A DNA stretch of 64,000 nucleotides, taken from contig CAVXWZ010000011.1 of NCBI GenBank assembly GCA_963765575.1, forward strand, positions 608,001 to 672,000. The letters are read 5' to 3'. Numbering within the stretch: the first letter of the stretch is position 1; every line of letters begins with the position of its first letter. The position numbers were made by a program, and so were the translations under genes. Positions 33,388 through 43,366 of this stretch are shown here, piece after piece. This stretch comes from an uncultured cyanobacterium (GTDB lineage Bacteria; Cyanobacteriota; Cyanobacteriia; PCC-6307; Cyanobiaceae). The notes below the pieces were generated by a model that was not told the origin of the DNA, did not search any database, and saw nothing but the letters and a program-made list of their open reading frames with translations.

Positions 33388-34922
33388 GCGGCCAGGCCGG
33401 CGTGCTCCTCCACCCCACGGCCCTGCCGGGTCCGGGGGGCTGCGGCGGTGTGGGCCGTTCGGCCATGCAGTGGATCTCCCTGCTGGCCCGCCACGGCCTC
33501 GGCGTGTGGCAGCTGCTGCCCCTGGCCCCGCCGGACGGCACCGGCTCCCCCTACAGCTCGCCCAGCGGGTCGGCCCTCAACCCCTGGCTGCTGGATGGGG
33601 AGCTGTTGCTGGAGCAGGGCTTTCTGGATCCGGCTGACGCAGCGCTGCTCGAGGTGGATCCGGGGGAGCGCCTCGATCCGGCCCTGCAGACCCGCCGCAG
33701 CCTGGCCCTGGGCCAGGCCCTGGCGCGGCACTGGCCCGGCCAGCCGCGCGATCGCCACCGGGCCCTGCGCCACTGGTGTCGACGGGAGGGCTTCTGGCTG
33801 CGGGACCACTGCCGCTTCATGGTGTTGCGGCGTCTGCAGGCCGGCCGGCCCTGGTGGCAATGGCCCGAGCCCCTGGCCCAGCGGCAGCGCGGTGCCCTGC
33901 GCCGCTTTGATCGCGAGCACCGCCCGCAGCTCCTGGAGGAAGCGCTGCTGCAGTGGTTGTTGCAGGGGCAATGGCAGGCGCTGCGCCGTCACGCGGCCCG
34001 GGAGGGCGTGCGCCTGTTCGGTGACCTGCCCTTCTACGTGGCCCACGACAGTGCCGATGTCTGGAGCCATCCCGGCCTCTTCTCCCTGGCGGCAGGCGGG
34101 GGACTGGAGGAGCAGAGCGGCGTGCCGCCCGACTACTTCTCGGCCAGCGGCCAGCTCTGGGGCTCGCCGGTCTACCGCTGGCGGCGCCACCTGCTCAGCG
34201 GCTTCCACTGGTGGCTGGGCCGGCTGCAGCGCCAGCTGGAGCTGTTCGACCTGCTGCGGCTCGATCACTTCCGTGCCCTCGAGGCCTACTGGAGCGTGCC
34301 GGGTGGGGACGACACGGCCCAGGGCGGCTGCTGGAGACCATCCCCCGGCAACCCGCTGCTCACGGCGCTGTGGCTGCAGCTGGCCCTGCGCGGGGGTCTG
34401 GTGGGCGGTCGGCTCCGGGGGCTGCTGGGCGGCCGCCTGCCGCTGGTGGCCGAAGACCTGGGCGTGATCACGCCGGCGGTGGAGGCGCTGCGCGATCGCC
34501 ACCACCTGGCGGGCATGAAGATCCTCCAGTTCGCCTTCGACGGCAACACCGACAACCCCTACCTGCCGGCCAACATCCACGGCTCCCCCTGGGTGGTGTA
34601 CACGGGCACCCACGACAACGCCACTGCCCTGGGGTGGTGGCAGGGGCTCGACGGCGAGGTGCGCCAACGGGTGGAGGCGGTGCTGGGGGCCGAGGTGACG
34701 GCGCCGGGCTGGCAGCTGCTGGAGGTGGCCCTGGGCACCTCTGCCGAACTGGTGGTCGTGCCTCTGCAGGATCTGCTCGAGCTCGACGATGGCGCCCGCT
34801 TCAACACCCCCGGCACCCTCGGGAACAACTGGACCTGGCGGCTGCAGCGGCCCCTGGAGGAGCTCGACGGCCCGCTCAAGGGCTACGGCGAGCTGGCCTC
34901 CCGCCACCGCCGCAGGGCCTGA
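33384..34922 (+). CDS. malQ: 4-alpha-glucanotransferase
   Basis: GVLLHPTALP, GDLPFYV, GVPPDYFS, RLDHFR, AEDLG, YTGTHDN. Confidence 0.95.
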   Translation: MSGQAGVLLHPTALPGPGGCGGVGRSAMQWISLLARHGLGVWQLLPLAPPDGTGSPYSSPSGSALNPWLLDGELLLEQGFLDPADAALLEVDPGERLDPALQTRRSLALGQALARHWPGQPRDRHRALRHWCRREGFWLRDHCRFMVLRRLQAGRPWWQWPEPLAQRQRGALRRFDREHRPQLLEEALLQWLLQGQWQALRRHAAREGVRLFGDLPFYVAHDSADVWSHPGLFSLAAGGGLEEQSGVPPDYFSASGQLWGSPVYRWRRHLLSGFHWWLGRLQRQLELFDLLRLDHFRALEAYWSVPGGDDTAQGGCWRPSPGNPLLTALWLQLALRGGLVGGRLRGLLGGRLPLVAEDLGVITPAVEALRDRHHLAGMKILQFAFDGNTDNPYLPANIHGSPWVVYTGTHDNATALGWWQGLDGEVRQRVEAVLGAEVTAPGWQLLEVALGTSAELVVVPLQDLLELDDGARFNTPGTLGNNWTWRLQRPLEELDGPLKGYGELASRHRRRA

Positions 34923-35578
34923 CCTTCGGCGGCCCGCTGCAGCGGGCGCAGCTCGGGATAGGCCATCAGCACCGCCTGCTCGGCCGTGGCCGGCTCGCCG
35001 CCCGGTGGGCGTTCGCTGCCTCCGGCGGAGTTGGGCGCGGGGCCGCTGGCGGGCCGCGGCGCCAGTGGTGCCACGGTCAGTTGGCCGGCCGCCGCCAGGC
35101 GCTGCTGCTGCAGGTTGAGCGCGTAGATCAGCCCCAGGGTGAGCAAGCCGTAGAGCACCGTCCCCTGCCAGGTGGTGAACACGTCGATCGAGCCGGGGGT
35201 GAAGCGCAGCAGCAGCCCGCCGCGGGAGCGGGCCGCGGCGCCCCGGCCGTCGCCCTGGGGCAGCACCGCCTCAAGGCTGCCGGGCTTGAGCTCCAGGTGC
35301 CGCTCGATCAGCGGCAGCATCGTGCGCAGGTAGGCGGGCTCCGGTAGACGGTCGCGCCAGCCCCGCTCCAGGGCTTCCAACACGGCGGTGCTGATGCGGG
35401 TTTCGTCGGCGAGCTGGCGCAGGCTGAGCTGCCGTTGTTCGCGGCGCTGGCGCAGTTGCTGGCCGGCCGCCAGCAGCGGATCCACCGCAACGGCTGCCGG
35501 CTGTTGGGCGCCAGCCCCCGAGCGCCGGCGCCAGAGGCGGCCGAGACGCGCGCGCAGGGTGGCGGGGAAGGGGCTCAG
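34883..35578 (-). CDS. RodZ-like helix-turn-helix membrane protein
   Basis: LRQLADETRIS..VLEALERG..LPEPAY HTH followed by a TM segment; start uncertain (CTG overlapping the upstream stop). Confidence 0.75.
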   Translation of the reverse strand: MSPFPATLRARLGRLWRRRSGAGAQQPAAVAVDPLLAAGQQLRQRREQRQLSLRQLADETRISTAVLEALERGWRDRLPEPAYLRTMLPLIERHLELKPGSLEAVLPQGDGRGAAARSRGGLLLRFTPGSIDVFTTWQGTVLYGLLTLGLIYALNLQQQRLAAAGQLTVAPLAPRPASGPAPNSAGGSERPPGGEPATAEQAVLMAYPELRPLQRAAEGQALRRWREASSP

Positions 35579-36300
35579 GGCTGGGGGGCCAGGGCCTCCC
35601 AGTCTCGGCGATCGAGGTGGCGCCACTGTCCTTCGCCCAGCTCGCCCAGCTGCACCGGCCCGATCGCCAGGCGCTGCAGATCCAGCACCGGATGGCCGAG
35701 CAGAGCGGCGGTGCGGCGGATCTGGCGGTTGCGGCCCTCGCCCATCACCAGTTCCAGCTGGCAGCGATCGGCCTGCTGCCGCCGTCGCGACACCACCACC
35801 GGCTGGCTGGGGCCCTCCTCCAGGGGCACCCCTGCCGCCCAGCGCTCCAAGGTGGCGGCTGCCGGCACCCCTTCGACCCACACCCGGTAGGTCTTGCGGT
35901 GGCCATAGCGGGGGTGGGTGAGGCGCAGGGTGAGCTCGCCGCGGTTGGTGAGCAACAGGGCGCCCCGGCTGTCGCCATCGAGGCGGCCCACCGGATGCAG
36001 CCCCAGCCCCCGGCGCAGCTGCGGGGGCAGCAGGTCGAGCACGGTGGGGCGGCCGCGGGGGTCGCTGCAGCTGCAGAGCACGCCGGCGGGTTTGTTGAGC
36101 AGCAACAGCAGTGGTGCGGCGGCCGGGCTCAGGGGCCGGCCGTCCACGGTGATCGCGTCAGCGGCGGGGTCGGCCCGGTCCCCGAGGCCGGCCAGCCGCC
36201 CATTGACCTGCACGCGGCCCTGGCTGAGCAGGTCCTCGGCGCTGCGGCGGGAGCAGAGCCCGGTGGCGGCGATCAGCTTCTGGATCCGTTCGGCTGGCAT
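35575..36300 (-). CDS. rRNA pseudouridine synthase (RsuA/RluB family)
   Basis: ERIQK S4 domain, LNKPAG, VGRLD, EGRNRQIRR. Confidence 0.92.
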   Translation of the reverse strand: MPAERIQKLIAATGLCSRRSAEDLLSQGRVQVNGRLAGLGDRADPAADAITVDGRPLSPAAAPLLLLLNKPAGVLCSCSDPRGRPTVLDLLPPQLRRGLGLHPVGRLDGDSRGALLLTNRGELTLRLTHPRYGHRKTYRVWVEGVPAAATLERWAAGVPLEEGPSQPVVVSRRRQQADRCQLELVMGEGRNRQIRRTAALLGHPVLDLQRLAIGPVQLGELGEGQWRHLDRRDWEALAPQP

Positions 36301-36390
36301 GGCTCCATCCTCTCCAGGAGCGGGCGCTGGAGCGGGTCGGGCAGCGGCGGGACTGGCCTGCTGGGGAGAACCGGAACGGAAGTGATAGGT

Positions 36391-36414
36391 TTGCGAAACG
36401 AGAATGTTTCGTAA
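36391..36414. promoter_or_regulatory. Imperfect inverted repeat (TTGCGAAAC-N6-GTTTCGTAA) upstream of sigma factor gene
   Basis: 8/9 complementary arms in an AT-rich patch, flanking GAGAAT, 12 bp before the ATG. Confidence 0.4.
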
Positions 36415-36426
36415 CTCGCGAACGCC

Positions 36427-37461
36427 ATGGCTCCTCGTCCCGCCGCTGCCCCCGCCGCTGCCCTCCGGCCTGCGGCCGCTGAGGCCTCCCAGATGGGTGG
36501 CGGCGACCTGGTGCGCAGCTACCTGCGGGACATCGGCCGGGTGCCGCTGCTGAGCCACGAGCAGGAGATCACGCTGGGCCGCCAGGTGCAGGAGCTGATG
36601 GGTCTGGAGGAGATCGAACAGGAACTGACGATGCGGGCCGGCGGCAGCAAGCCGAGCGGTGTGGAGCTGGCGGCGGCGGCGGGTCTGAGCCCGCTGCTGC
36701 TGAAGAAGCGGCTGCAGGCGGGCCGGCGGGCGAAGGAGCGGATGGTGGCGGCGAACCTGCGGCTGGTGGTGAGCGTGGCGAAGAAATACACCAAGCGGAA
36801 CATGGAACTGCTGGACCTGATCCAGGAGGGCACGATCGGCCTGGTGCGGGGTGTGGAGAAGTTCGACCCGACGCGGGGCTACAAATTTTCAACCTATGCC
36901 TACTGGTGGATCCGGCAGGGGATCACGCGGGCGATCGCCGAGAAGAGCCGCACGATCCGGCTGCCGATCCACATCACCGAAACGCTGAACAAGCTGAAGA
37001 AGGGTCAGCGGGAGCTGAGCCAGACGCTGGGTCGCACGCCGACGGTGACGGAACTGGCGGAGTTCGTGGAGCTGCCGGAGGAGGAGGTGAAGGACCTGCT
37101 GTGCCGTGCGCGGCAGCCGGTGAGCCTGGAGACGAAGGTGGGCGACGGTGAGGACACGGAGCTGCTGGAGCTGCTGGCCGGGGATGAGGAACTGCCGGAT
37201 GAGCGGGTGGACGGTGAGTGCCTGAAGGGTGACCTGCGGGCGCTGCTGGAGCAGCTGCCGGAGCTGCAGGGGCGGGTGCTGAAGATGCGCTACGGCATCG
37301 CCACGGATGGAGAGGGCGAGGGGCTGAGGGATCCGATGAGCCTCAGCTCGATCGCCAAGACCCTGGGGATGAGCCGCGACAAGACCCGCAACCTCGAGCG
37401 CAAGGCCCTGGAGGGGATTCGCTCCCAGTCATGCCGGCTGGAGGGCTATCTGGCCGCCTAG
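36427..37461 (+). CDS. RNA polymerase sigma-70 factor, group 2 (RpoD-like)
   Basis: [49 protein letters not shown]. Confidence 0.95.
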   Translation: MAPRPAAAPAAALRPAAAEASQMGGGDLVRSYLRDIGRVPLLSHEQEITLGRQVQELMGLEEIEQELTMRAGGSKPSGVELAAAAGLSPLLLKKRLQAGRRAKERMVAANLRLVVSVAKKYTKRNMELLDLIQEGTIGLVRGVEKFDPTRGYKFSTYAYWWIRQGITRAIAEKSRTIRLPIHITETLNKLKKGQRELSQTLGRTPTVTELAEFVELPEEEVKDLLCRARQPVSLETKVGDGEDTELLELLAGDEELPDERVDGECLKGDLRALLEQLPELQGRVLKMRYGIATDGEGEGLRDPMSLSSIAKTLGMSRDKTRNLERKALEGIRSQSCRLEGYLAA

Positions 37462-37463
37462 GT

Positions 37464-37937
37464 CTAGAAAAACTGGTCGAAGTTGTCGAAGTCGACGGCG
37501 CTGAAGGTGCCGTTCTCGACCTGCTGCATCAGCCGCTCCAGCTGCACCCAGAGGCCACCGGCGGTGGCGAGCGAGAGCACGAAGGACACCAGCAGCGCCA
37601 CCCCTGAGGAGAAGCCGAACACCTGCAGGCTGCCGCCGATGAACAGGGTGATGCCGATCACCACGCCGATGTAGGGCATGGTGGTGGCGGCGCTGGCCAG
37701 GGGCAGCAGGGCCAGTCGGTCCTGTTTCCAGGCCTCCAGCTTGTTCTCCACCAGCTTGGCGAAGGTGAGCCCGCAGAGCACGCCGATGGCCAGGCCCACC
37801 CCCGCCACCAGATAGGGCGGCTGCATGAAGGTGGCCACCTCCAGCAGCAACTCGGCGCCATCGAGGTCGCTGAACAGCTCGCCGGCCGCATCCCCGCTCG
37901 ACAGAGCGGTGGACAGCGTGGTGGGGGAATCGATCAC
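37464..37937 (-). CDS. Conserved hypothetical membrane protein
   Basis: QPPYL, CGLTF, three TM helices, VDFDNFDQFF C-terminus. Confidence 0.75.
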   Translation of the reverse strand: MIDSPTTLSTALSSGDAAGELFSDLDGAELLLEVATFMQPPYLVAGVGLAIGVLCGLTFAKLVENKLEAWKQDRLALLPLASAATTMPYIGVVIGITLFIGGSLQVFGFSSGVALLVSFVLSLATAGGLWVQLERLMQQVENGTFSAVDFDNFDQFF

Positions 37938-37990
37938 GGGGGACTGCTGGGCAGGGGGAGCGGTGGGCTGGCAGCGACCCTAGAGGCGTC

Positions 37991-39658
37991 TCAGGCCGCC
38001 GCGGACAGCGGGTTGAGCCGGGCCAGCACGCCGCCGGCCAGCTTGGCCGGAGTGAAGGTGCGCCGCAGCAGGCCCAGCAGGGCGCTGAGATCGTCGGTGT
38101 GCAGGTGGTCACCCTGCACCAGGGTGAGCAGCAGCCGCTGGCGCAGGCTGCTGCCCTGCGGCCCCAGCAGCAGCTTCAAGCCCGAGCCCATCACCGGCAG
38201 CAGGTCGGGGCTGGTGCCGGCCTCGTCCACCACCGCCAGCAGGTTCTCGAGCCGTTGCACGCGCAGGTGGCCATCGCTGTCGAACAGCACCTCCAGCAGC
38301 TTCTCGCGCATCTCGGCGGTGTCGCCGGCCAGCAGCCGCCGCGCCACGTAGGGATAGGCCACGCGGATGATCTTGAAGTCGGGGTCGAGCCGCAGCGCCA
38401 GGCCCTCCTGGCTCACCACGGCTCGGATGATCAGGGCGAAGCGGGCCGGCACCCGGAAGGGGTAGTCGAACATCAGCTCCGAGAAGCGATCGGTGACCGA
38501 CTTGAAGTTGAAGCTGCCCACGTTTTCCCCCAGCGCCCCCCCCAGCACCTCGTCCAGGGCCGGAATGATCGGTTCCAGGTCGGTGTCGGCGGTGAGGAAA
38601 CCGAGTGCCACGAAGTCGTGGGCCAGGGCCCGGAAGTCACGGTTGATCAGGTGCACCACAGCGCCGGTGAGGGTGAGCCGGTCGGCGTCGCTGATCGAAT
38701 CCATCATCCCGAAGTCCACATAGGCCACGTGGCCCAGGGCGCCGTGGCGACCCGGCAGGGCGAAGAGGTTGCCGGGATGGGGATCGGCGTGGAAGTAGCC
38801 GAACTCCAGCAGCTGGCGCAGGCCGGCGATCACGCAGGTGCGGATCAAGGCGGCGGGGTCAAGGCCCTGGGCCTGCAGGGTGCGGCGGTCCTGGAGCTTG
38901 GTGCCGTGGATCCAGCTGGTGGTGAGCACGTGCCGGGAGCTGAGCTGGCGCTCCACCCGCGGCACGCTGACCTCCGGGTGGTGCTCAAAGAGGGCGGCGA
39001 AGCGCTCGGCGTTGTCGGCTTCGCTGTGGTAGTCGATCTCCTCGAACAGGGAGCGGCCAAACTCGTCGATGATCTCGCTCAGGCCCACCCCCAGGTTGAG
39101 GGGGAGCAGCGGCGCGCTGAGCACCGCCAGCAGCCGGATCAGCACCAGATCGCGGCGCAGGATGCGTTCCAGCCCTGGCCGCTGCACTTTCACCGCCACC
39201 CAGCGGCCGTCACTCAGCCGGGCCCGGTACACCTGTCCCAGGCTGGCCGCCGCCACCGGGTAGTCGGGAAACTCCTCGAACAACTGATCGGCCGGCGCCC
39301 CCAGCTCCGCCTCGATCAGCGCCAGGGCCACCTCCTCTGGGAAGGGCGGCAGGTTGTCCTGCAGCTGGGTGAGCTCCTCCAGCCAGTCGCGCCGCACCAG
39401 ATCAGGGCGGGTGGAGAGGGCCTGGCCCACCTTGATGAAGCAGGGGCCCAGATGGGTGAGGGTGGCGAGGATGCGCTGGCCGAGCCTGCGCTGCACGCCG
39501 GCATCGCTGCTCTTGCCCTGCACCAGCAGCACCAGCGTGAGGCTGCCCAGTTGCCAGAGCACGCTGCTCAGCCGGCTGATCAGGATCCAGGGACGGCGCA
39601 GCAGCCAGACCCGATCGGCCTTCGCGTCGTAGGCGGGACTTGCGGTGGCAGCGGTCAA
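37991..39658 (-). CDS. ABC1/UbiB atypical kinase family protein
   Basis: LGPCFIKVGQALSTRPD, AAASLGQVY, VAVKVQRP, FHADPHPGN, DFGMM; upstream part of the 1239-aa ORF is antisense shadow. Confidence 0.92.
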   Translation of the reverse strand: MTAATASPAYDAKADRVWLLRRPWILISRLSSVLWQLGSLTLVLLVQGKSSDAGVQRRLGQRILATLTHLGPCFIKVGQALSTRPDLVRRDWLEELTQLQDNLPPFPEEVALALIEAELGAPADQLFEEFPDYPVAAASLGQVYRARLSDGRWVAVKVQRPGLERILRRDLVLIRLLAVLSAPLLPLNLGVGLSEIIDEFGRSLFEEIDYHSEADNAERFAALFEHHPEVSVPRVERQLSSRHVLTTSWIHGTKLQDRRTLQAQGLDPAALIRTCVIAGLRQLLEFGYFHADPHPGNLFALPGRHGALGHVAYVDFGMMDSISDADRLTLTGAVVHLINRDFRALAHDFVALGFLTADTDLEPIIPALDEVLGGALGENVGSFNFKSVTDRFSELMFDYPFRVPARFALIIRAVVSQEGLALRLDPDFKIIRVAYPYVARRLLAGDTAEMREKLLEVLFDSDGHLRVQRLENLLAVVDEAGTSPDLLPVMGSGLKLLLGPQGSSLRQRLLLTLVQGDHLHTDDLSALLGLLRRTFTPAKLAGGVLARLNPLSAAA

Positions 39659-39724
39659 GGGCGATGCCGGCCTGGCGCGGCGGCTGGGGAGATGGCCAGA
39701 CTCTAGAAACCGCGGACCGGCGCC

Positions 39725-41158
39725 TTGGACAGCTCGCCTGCGAACAGCTCGCCTGCGAACAGCTCGCCGCAGCCTTCCCTGTTGGCCCGGGCCCTGAGGC
39801 CACGGCGGATCGCGGCCCCCTGGGCCCGGTCCCTGCCCCTGCACCTCCCCGCCCACGGCCGCGGCCGCGGCCTGGCGCCGGAGCTGGGGCGGCTGCTGCG
39901 TCAACGGCCCGGCTGCTGGGACCTGCCCGAACTGCCGGCCATCGGCGGCCCCCTGGAGCCCCGTGGCGTGGTGGCCGAGGCCCAGCGGGCCTGTGCCGAG
40001 CTGCTGGGCGCCGAGCACTGCTGGTTTGGGGTGAATGGTGCCAGCGGGCTGCTGCAGGCCGCACTGCTGGCCCTGGCGCCGCCGGGCGCTCGCGTGCTGC
40101 TGCCCCGCAACCTGCACCGCTCCCTGCTGCACGGCTGCGTGCTGGGGCAGCTGCGGCCGGTGCTGTTCAACCTGCCCTTCGATCCGGCCAGCGGCCTCTG
40201 GCAACCCCCCGATGCCGCCTGGCTGCGGCGGGTGCTGGCGGCGGCCCTGGCCGAGGGTCCCCTGGCGGCGGTGGTGCTGACGTCCCCCAGCTACCAGGGT
40301 CTGGCCAGTGATCTGGGCCCCCTGGCGGCCGTGGTGCACGGGGCTGGGCTGCCGCTGCTGGTGGATCAGGCCCACGGCCGCGGCGAGGCCCTGGCGGCCG
40401 GTGCCGACCTGGTGGTGCTCTCCTGCCAGAAGGATGGAGGCGGCCTCGCCCAGAGCGCCGTGCTGCTGGGCCAGGGCCCGCGGCTGGAGCTGCCGGCGAT
40501 CGAGCGCAGCCTGCTGTGGCTGCAGACCTCCAGCCCCAGCGCCCTGCTGCTGGCCTCCAGCGAGGCGTCGCTGCGGCACGGCTGCAGCGACGCCGGCCGC
40601 GAGCAGCGCCACCGCGCCGAGGCGGTGGCGGCCCGGCTGCGCCGGCGCTGCGCCGCGCTGGGCCTGCCGCTGCTGGCCAACCAGGACCCCCTGCGCCTGG
40701 TGCTGCACAGCGCCGCCCTCGGCATCAACGGACTGGAGGCCGATGCGTGGTTGCTGGCGCGGGGGGTGATCGCCGAGCTGCCGGAACCCGGCACACTCAC
40801 GTTCTGCCTGGGCGCGGTGCCCCCCCCTGGCGTGGTGCGGCGCCTGCCGCGGCTGTTGGCGGCCCTGGCCAGGGCGCTGGGGGGCGCCCCGCTGCCACCC
40901 TTCAGCGCCCCGCCCCTGCCGCTGGTGGCCGAGCCGGAGCTGGCGCTGGAGCGGGCCTGGCGGGCGCCGTCGCGGTCGCTGCCGCTGGCCCGCGCCGCCG
41001 GGGAGCTGGCCGCCGAACCCCTTTGCCCCTATCCCCCCGGCATCCCGCTGTTGGTGCCCGGCGAGCGCATCGATGCCGGCCGGGCGAACTGGCTGGCCGC
41101 CGAGGCTCGTCGCTGGCCCGGTCAGATCGCTGATACGGTGAAGGTTGTGGCCAGTTAG
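39725..41158 (+). CDS. Orn/Lys/Arg decarboxylase family PLP enzyme
   Basis: LHLPAHGRG, VNGASG, PRNLHRS, DQAHG, QTSSPS, PYPPGIP..PGE; start uncertain. Confidence 0.85.
   Translation: MDSSPANSSPANSSPQPSLLARALRPRRIAAPWARSLPLHLPAHGRGRGLAPELGRLLRQRPGCWDLPELPAIGGPLEPRGVVAEAQRACAELLGAEHCWFGVNGASGLLQAALLALAPPGARVLLPRNLHRSLLHGCVLGQLRPVLFNLPFDPASGLWQPPDAAWLRRVLAAALAEGPLAAVVLTSPSYQGLASDLGPLAAVVHGAGLPLLVDQAHGRGEALAAGADLVVLSCQKDGGGLAQSAVLLGQGPRLELPAIERSLLWLQTSSPSALLLASSEASLRHGCSDAGREQRHRAEAVAARLRRRCAALGLPLLANQDPLRLVLHSAALGINGLEADAWLLARGVIAELPEPGTLTFCLGAVPPPGVVRRLPRLLAALARALGGAPLPPFSAPPLPLVAEPELALERAWRAPSRSLPLARAAGELAAEPLCPYPPGIPLLVPGERIDAGRANWLAAEARRWPGQIADTVKVVAS
39729..39768. repeat. 15-bp tandem repeat (ACAGCTCGCCTGCGA) x2.7
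   Basis: Two exact units plus a 10-bp partial unit; encodes (D/N)SSPA repeats. Confidence 0.9.
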
Positions 41159-41164
41159 GACCCC

Positions 41165-41788
41165 GTGTCCGGACCACCAGCGCCCTGCGGCCAGCCCTAC
41201 AGCTGGGACTTCGTGACTCCCGGGCTGCCCGACGGAGCCTTCGACGATGCCCCCGGTTTCAGCCCCACGCCGATGGAGCTGAGGGTGATGCTGCTGGCCC
41301 ATCTGCGGCCCCGCAGCGAGTCGCTGGTGTGGGACGTGGGCGGCGGCACCGGCGCCCTGGCCCTGGAGATCGCCCGGCTGATGCCCGCCGGCGCCGTGCA
41401 CACCCTGGAGCGGGATCCCGAGGCCATTGCCCTGCTGGAGAAGAACCGGCAGCGCTTCGGGATCAGCAACCTGCACATCCATGCCGGGGCGGCCCCCGAC
41501 GACCTCGCCTTGCTGCCGCCGCGGCCCGACCGGGTGCTGCTGGAGGTGGGCCGTCCCCTCGGCGCGGTGCTCACGGCGGTGTGGCAGGCGCTGCAGCCCA
41601 CCGGGCGCCTGGTGATCAGCACCGCCAGCCTGGAGGGACTGGTGGATGCCACCGACACCCTGGGCCAGCTGGCCGCCCGCGACGTGCAGGTGGTGCAGGC
41701 CACGGTGCACCGGATGCAGCGCCGCGGCAGCCAGACGAAGCTGGCGGCGGCCGAGCCCCTGTTCGTGATCGCGGCGGAGCGTCCTTGA
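41165..41788 (+). CDS. cbiT: Precorrin-6Y C5,15-methyltransferase (decarboxylating) subunit
   Basis: WDFVTPGLPD, ELRVMLL, WDVGGGTG. Confidence 0.88.
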   Translation: MSGPPAPCGQPYSWDFVTPGLPDGAFDDAPGFSPTPMELRVMLLAHLRPRSESLVWDVGGGTGALALEIARLMPAGAVHTLERDPEAIALLEKNRQRFGISNLHIHAGAAPDDLALLPPRPDRVLLEVGRPLGAVLTAVWQALQPTGRLVISTASLEGLVDATDTLGQLAARDVQVVQATVHRMQRRGSQTKLAAAEPLFVIAAERP

Positions 41789-42657
41789 GCTCGCCGCCGC
41801 CGCCCGTGTCCGTGCCGCAGCGATCCCCCAAGGCCACCTCCCTGGCCCGGCTGGCCAGTGGCTGGGCGGTGGGGGCGTTCGGCTTCGTGGTGGTGATGCT
41901 GGGTGGCTGGTGGTTCACCGTGGCCGTGGGGGTGATCGTGCACCTGGGCCTGCTGGAGTTCTTCCGCATGGCCCAGTTCAAGGGCATCCGGCCGGCCACC
42001 AAAACCACCCTGGTGGCGGTGCAGCTGCTGCTGTTCACCACCCAGCTCGCCGGCAGCGGCAGCTGGCTCACGGGCGATGTGGCCGCGGCGGTGCTGCCCG
42101 CCTCCGGCGCCGTGATCTGCGGCTGGCTGCTGCTGCAGCCGGTGACGGGCACGATCGCCGACATCGCCGCCTCGATCTTCGGGCTCTTCTATCTGGGCTT
42201 CCTGCCCAGCCACTGGATCAAGCTGCGCGATCTGCCCGACTCCGGCCTCGAGCTCACCCTGCTGGCCTGCTTCCTGATCGTGGCCACGGACATCGGCTCC
42301 TATGCCATCGGTCGGCGGCTGGGCCGGAGGCCGCTCTCGCCGATCTCGCCGGGCAAGACCGTCGAGGGGGCCCTGGGTGGGGTGGCCTGCGCCATGGCGG
42401 TGGGCGTGATCGGCGGCCTCTGGATCGGCTGGAGCTGGGGCTGGCTGATCGGTGCCCTGCTGGGGGCGGTGGTGGCCCTGTTCGCCCTGGTGGGCGACCT
42501 CACCGAGTCGATGATGAAGCGGGATGCGGGGCTGAAGGATTCCGGCGATGCCATCCCGGGGCACGGCGGCATCCTCGATCGCATCGACAGCTATCTGTTC
42601 GTGCCGGCGGTGGTCTATTCCCTGGTGACCCTGGTGTTGCCGCTGCTGCAGCGCTAG
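41785..42657 (+). CDS. cdsA: Phosphatidate cytidylyltransferase
   Basis: ATDIGSY, ISPGKTVEG, GDLTESMMKRDAGLKDSG..IPGHGGILDRIDS; TTG start overlapping cbiT stop. Confidence 0.94.
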   Translation: MSSPPPPVSVPQRSPKATSLARLASGWAVGAFGFVVVMLGGWWFTVAVGVIVHLGLLEFFRMAQFKGIRPATKTTLVAVQLLLFTTQLAGSGSWLTGDVAAAVLPASGAVICGWLLLQPVTGTIADIAASIFGLFYLGFLPSHWIKLRDLPDSGLELTLLACFLIVATDIGSYAIGRRLGRRPLSPISPGKTVEGALGGVACAMAVGVIGGLWIGWSWGWLIGALLGAVVALFALVGDLTESMMKRDAGLKDSGDAIPGHGGILDRIDSYLFVPAVVYSLVTLVLPLLQR

Positions 42658-42691
42658 GGCCGGCCATCCGCCGGGGGCGCCCCAGGGCACT

Positions 42692-43366
42692 TCAGGGAGT
42701 CACCGTGGCCTCACCGGCGAGCACCAGCATGCCGGCCTCCACCGTGGCCTGCTCCACCCGCAGCGAGGCATCCAGGGGCAGCAGGGTGCGCTGAGTGCCA
42801 TCCAGGGTCACCAGCTCCAGGCCGCCCTCACTGGCCTCAATCGTGGTGGCCTGTTCCACCGGCCCGGCTGCGCCCACCCCCTGAGCCGCCAGCACCAGGT
42901 TGTTGTCCCCCAGCCGCAACCCCACCAGGGGGGTGATGCCCAGCAGCTCTTCGGCCAGCTGGTCGGCGAGGCTGCGCCAGCGGGGCTCGGCCAGGGAGTG
43001 GTTGAGACCGGCGCTGGTGAAGCTCACCAGGCCTCGGATCGTGAAGGCGTGCTGCAGCTCCAGAGCCTTTCTCTGCCAGAGGTTGCCCATCTGGATCCGC
43101 AGCGGCCCGCTGGTGAGGTCCACCAGCTCCAGCTGCAGGTTCTGGTAGCGGACCCCCCGCGCCCGCACCCGCACGCCTGCCAGGCGGCCCCGCAGCAGGG
43201 ACCAGGCCGAGCCCTGCAGCGCGATCTCGAGACTGTCGGCCCGCTCGCACTGCTGCCGCAGCCAGAGCTGCAGGGCGCCGGAGAGCAACCGCAGCACCGG
43301 CCCGTCGGAACCGTCTCCGGGGGTGATCCCGGCCGGCTCGTGCTGGGGGCCGGGGGCGGCGCTCAT
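42692..43366 (-). CDS. DUF2993 (LmeA-like) family protein
   Basis: LQLWLRQQC..LEIAL.GS...LLRG.L.GV; ATGA overlap with upstream hydrolase. Confidence 0.7.
   Translation of the reverse strand: MSAAPGPQHEPAGITPGDGSDGPVLRLLSGALQLWLRQQCERADSLEIALQGSAWSLLRGRLAGVRVRARGVRYQNLQLELVDLTSGPLRIQMGNLWQRKALELQHAFTIRGLVSFTSAGLNHSLAEPRWRSLADQLAEELLGITPLVGLRLGDNNLVLAAQGVGAAGPVEQATTIEASEGGLELVTLDGTQRTLLPLDASLRVEQATVEAGMLVLAGEATVTP

Noticed and set aside
37991..41710. 1239-aa minus-strand ORF as a giant fusion protein
   Set aside because: Only the last ~555 aa is ABC1 kinase; the rest is antisense to the decarboxylase and cbiT genes, a high-GC stop-poor artefact
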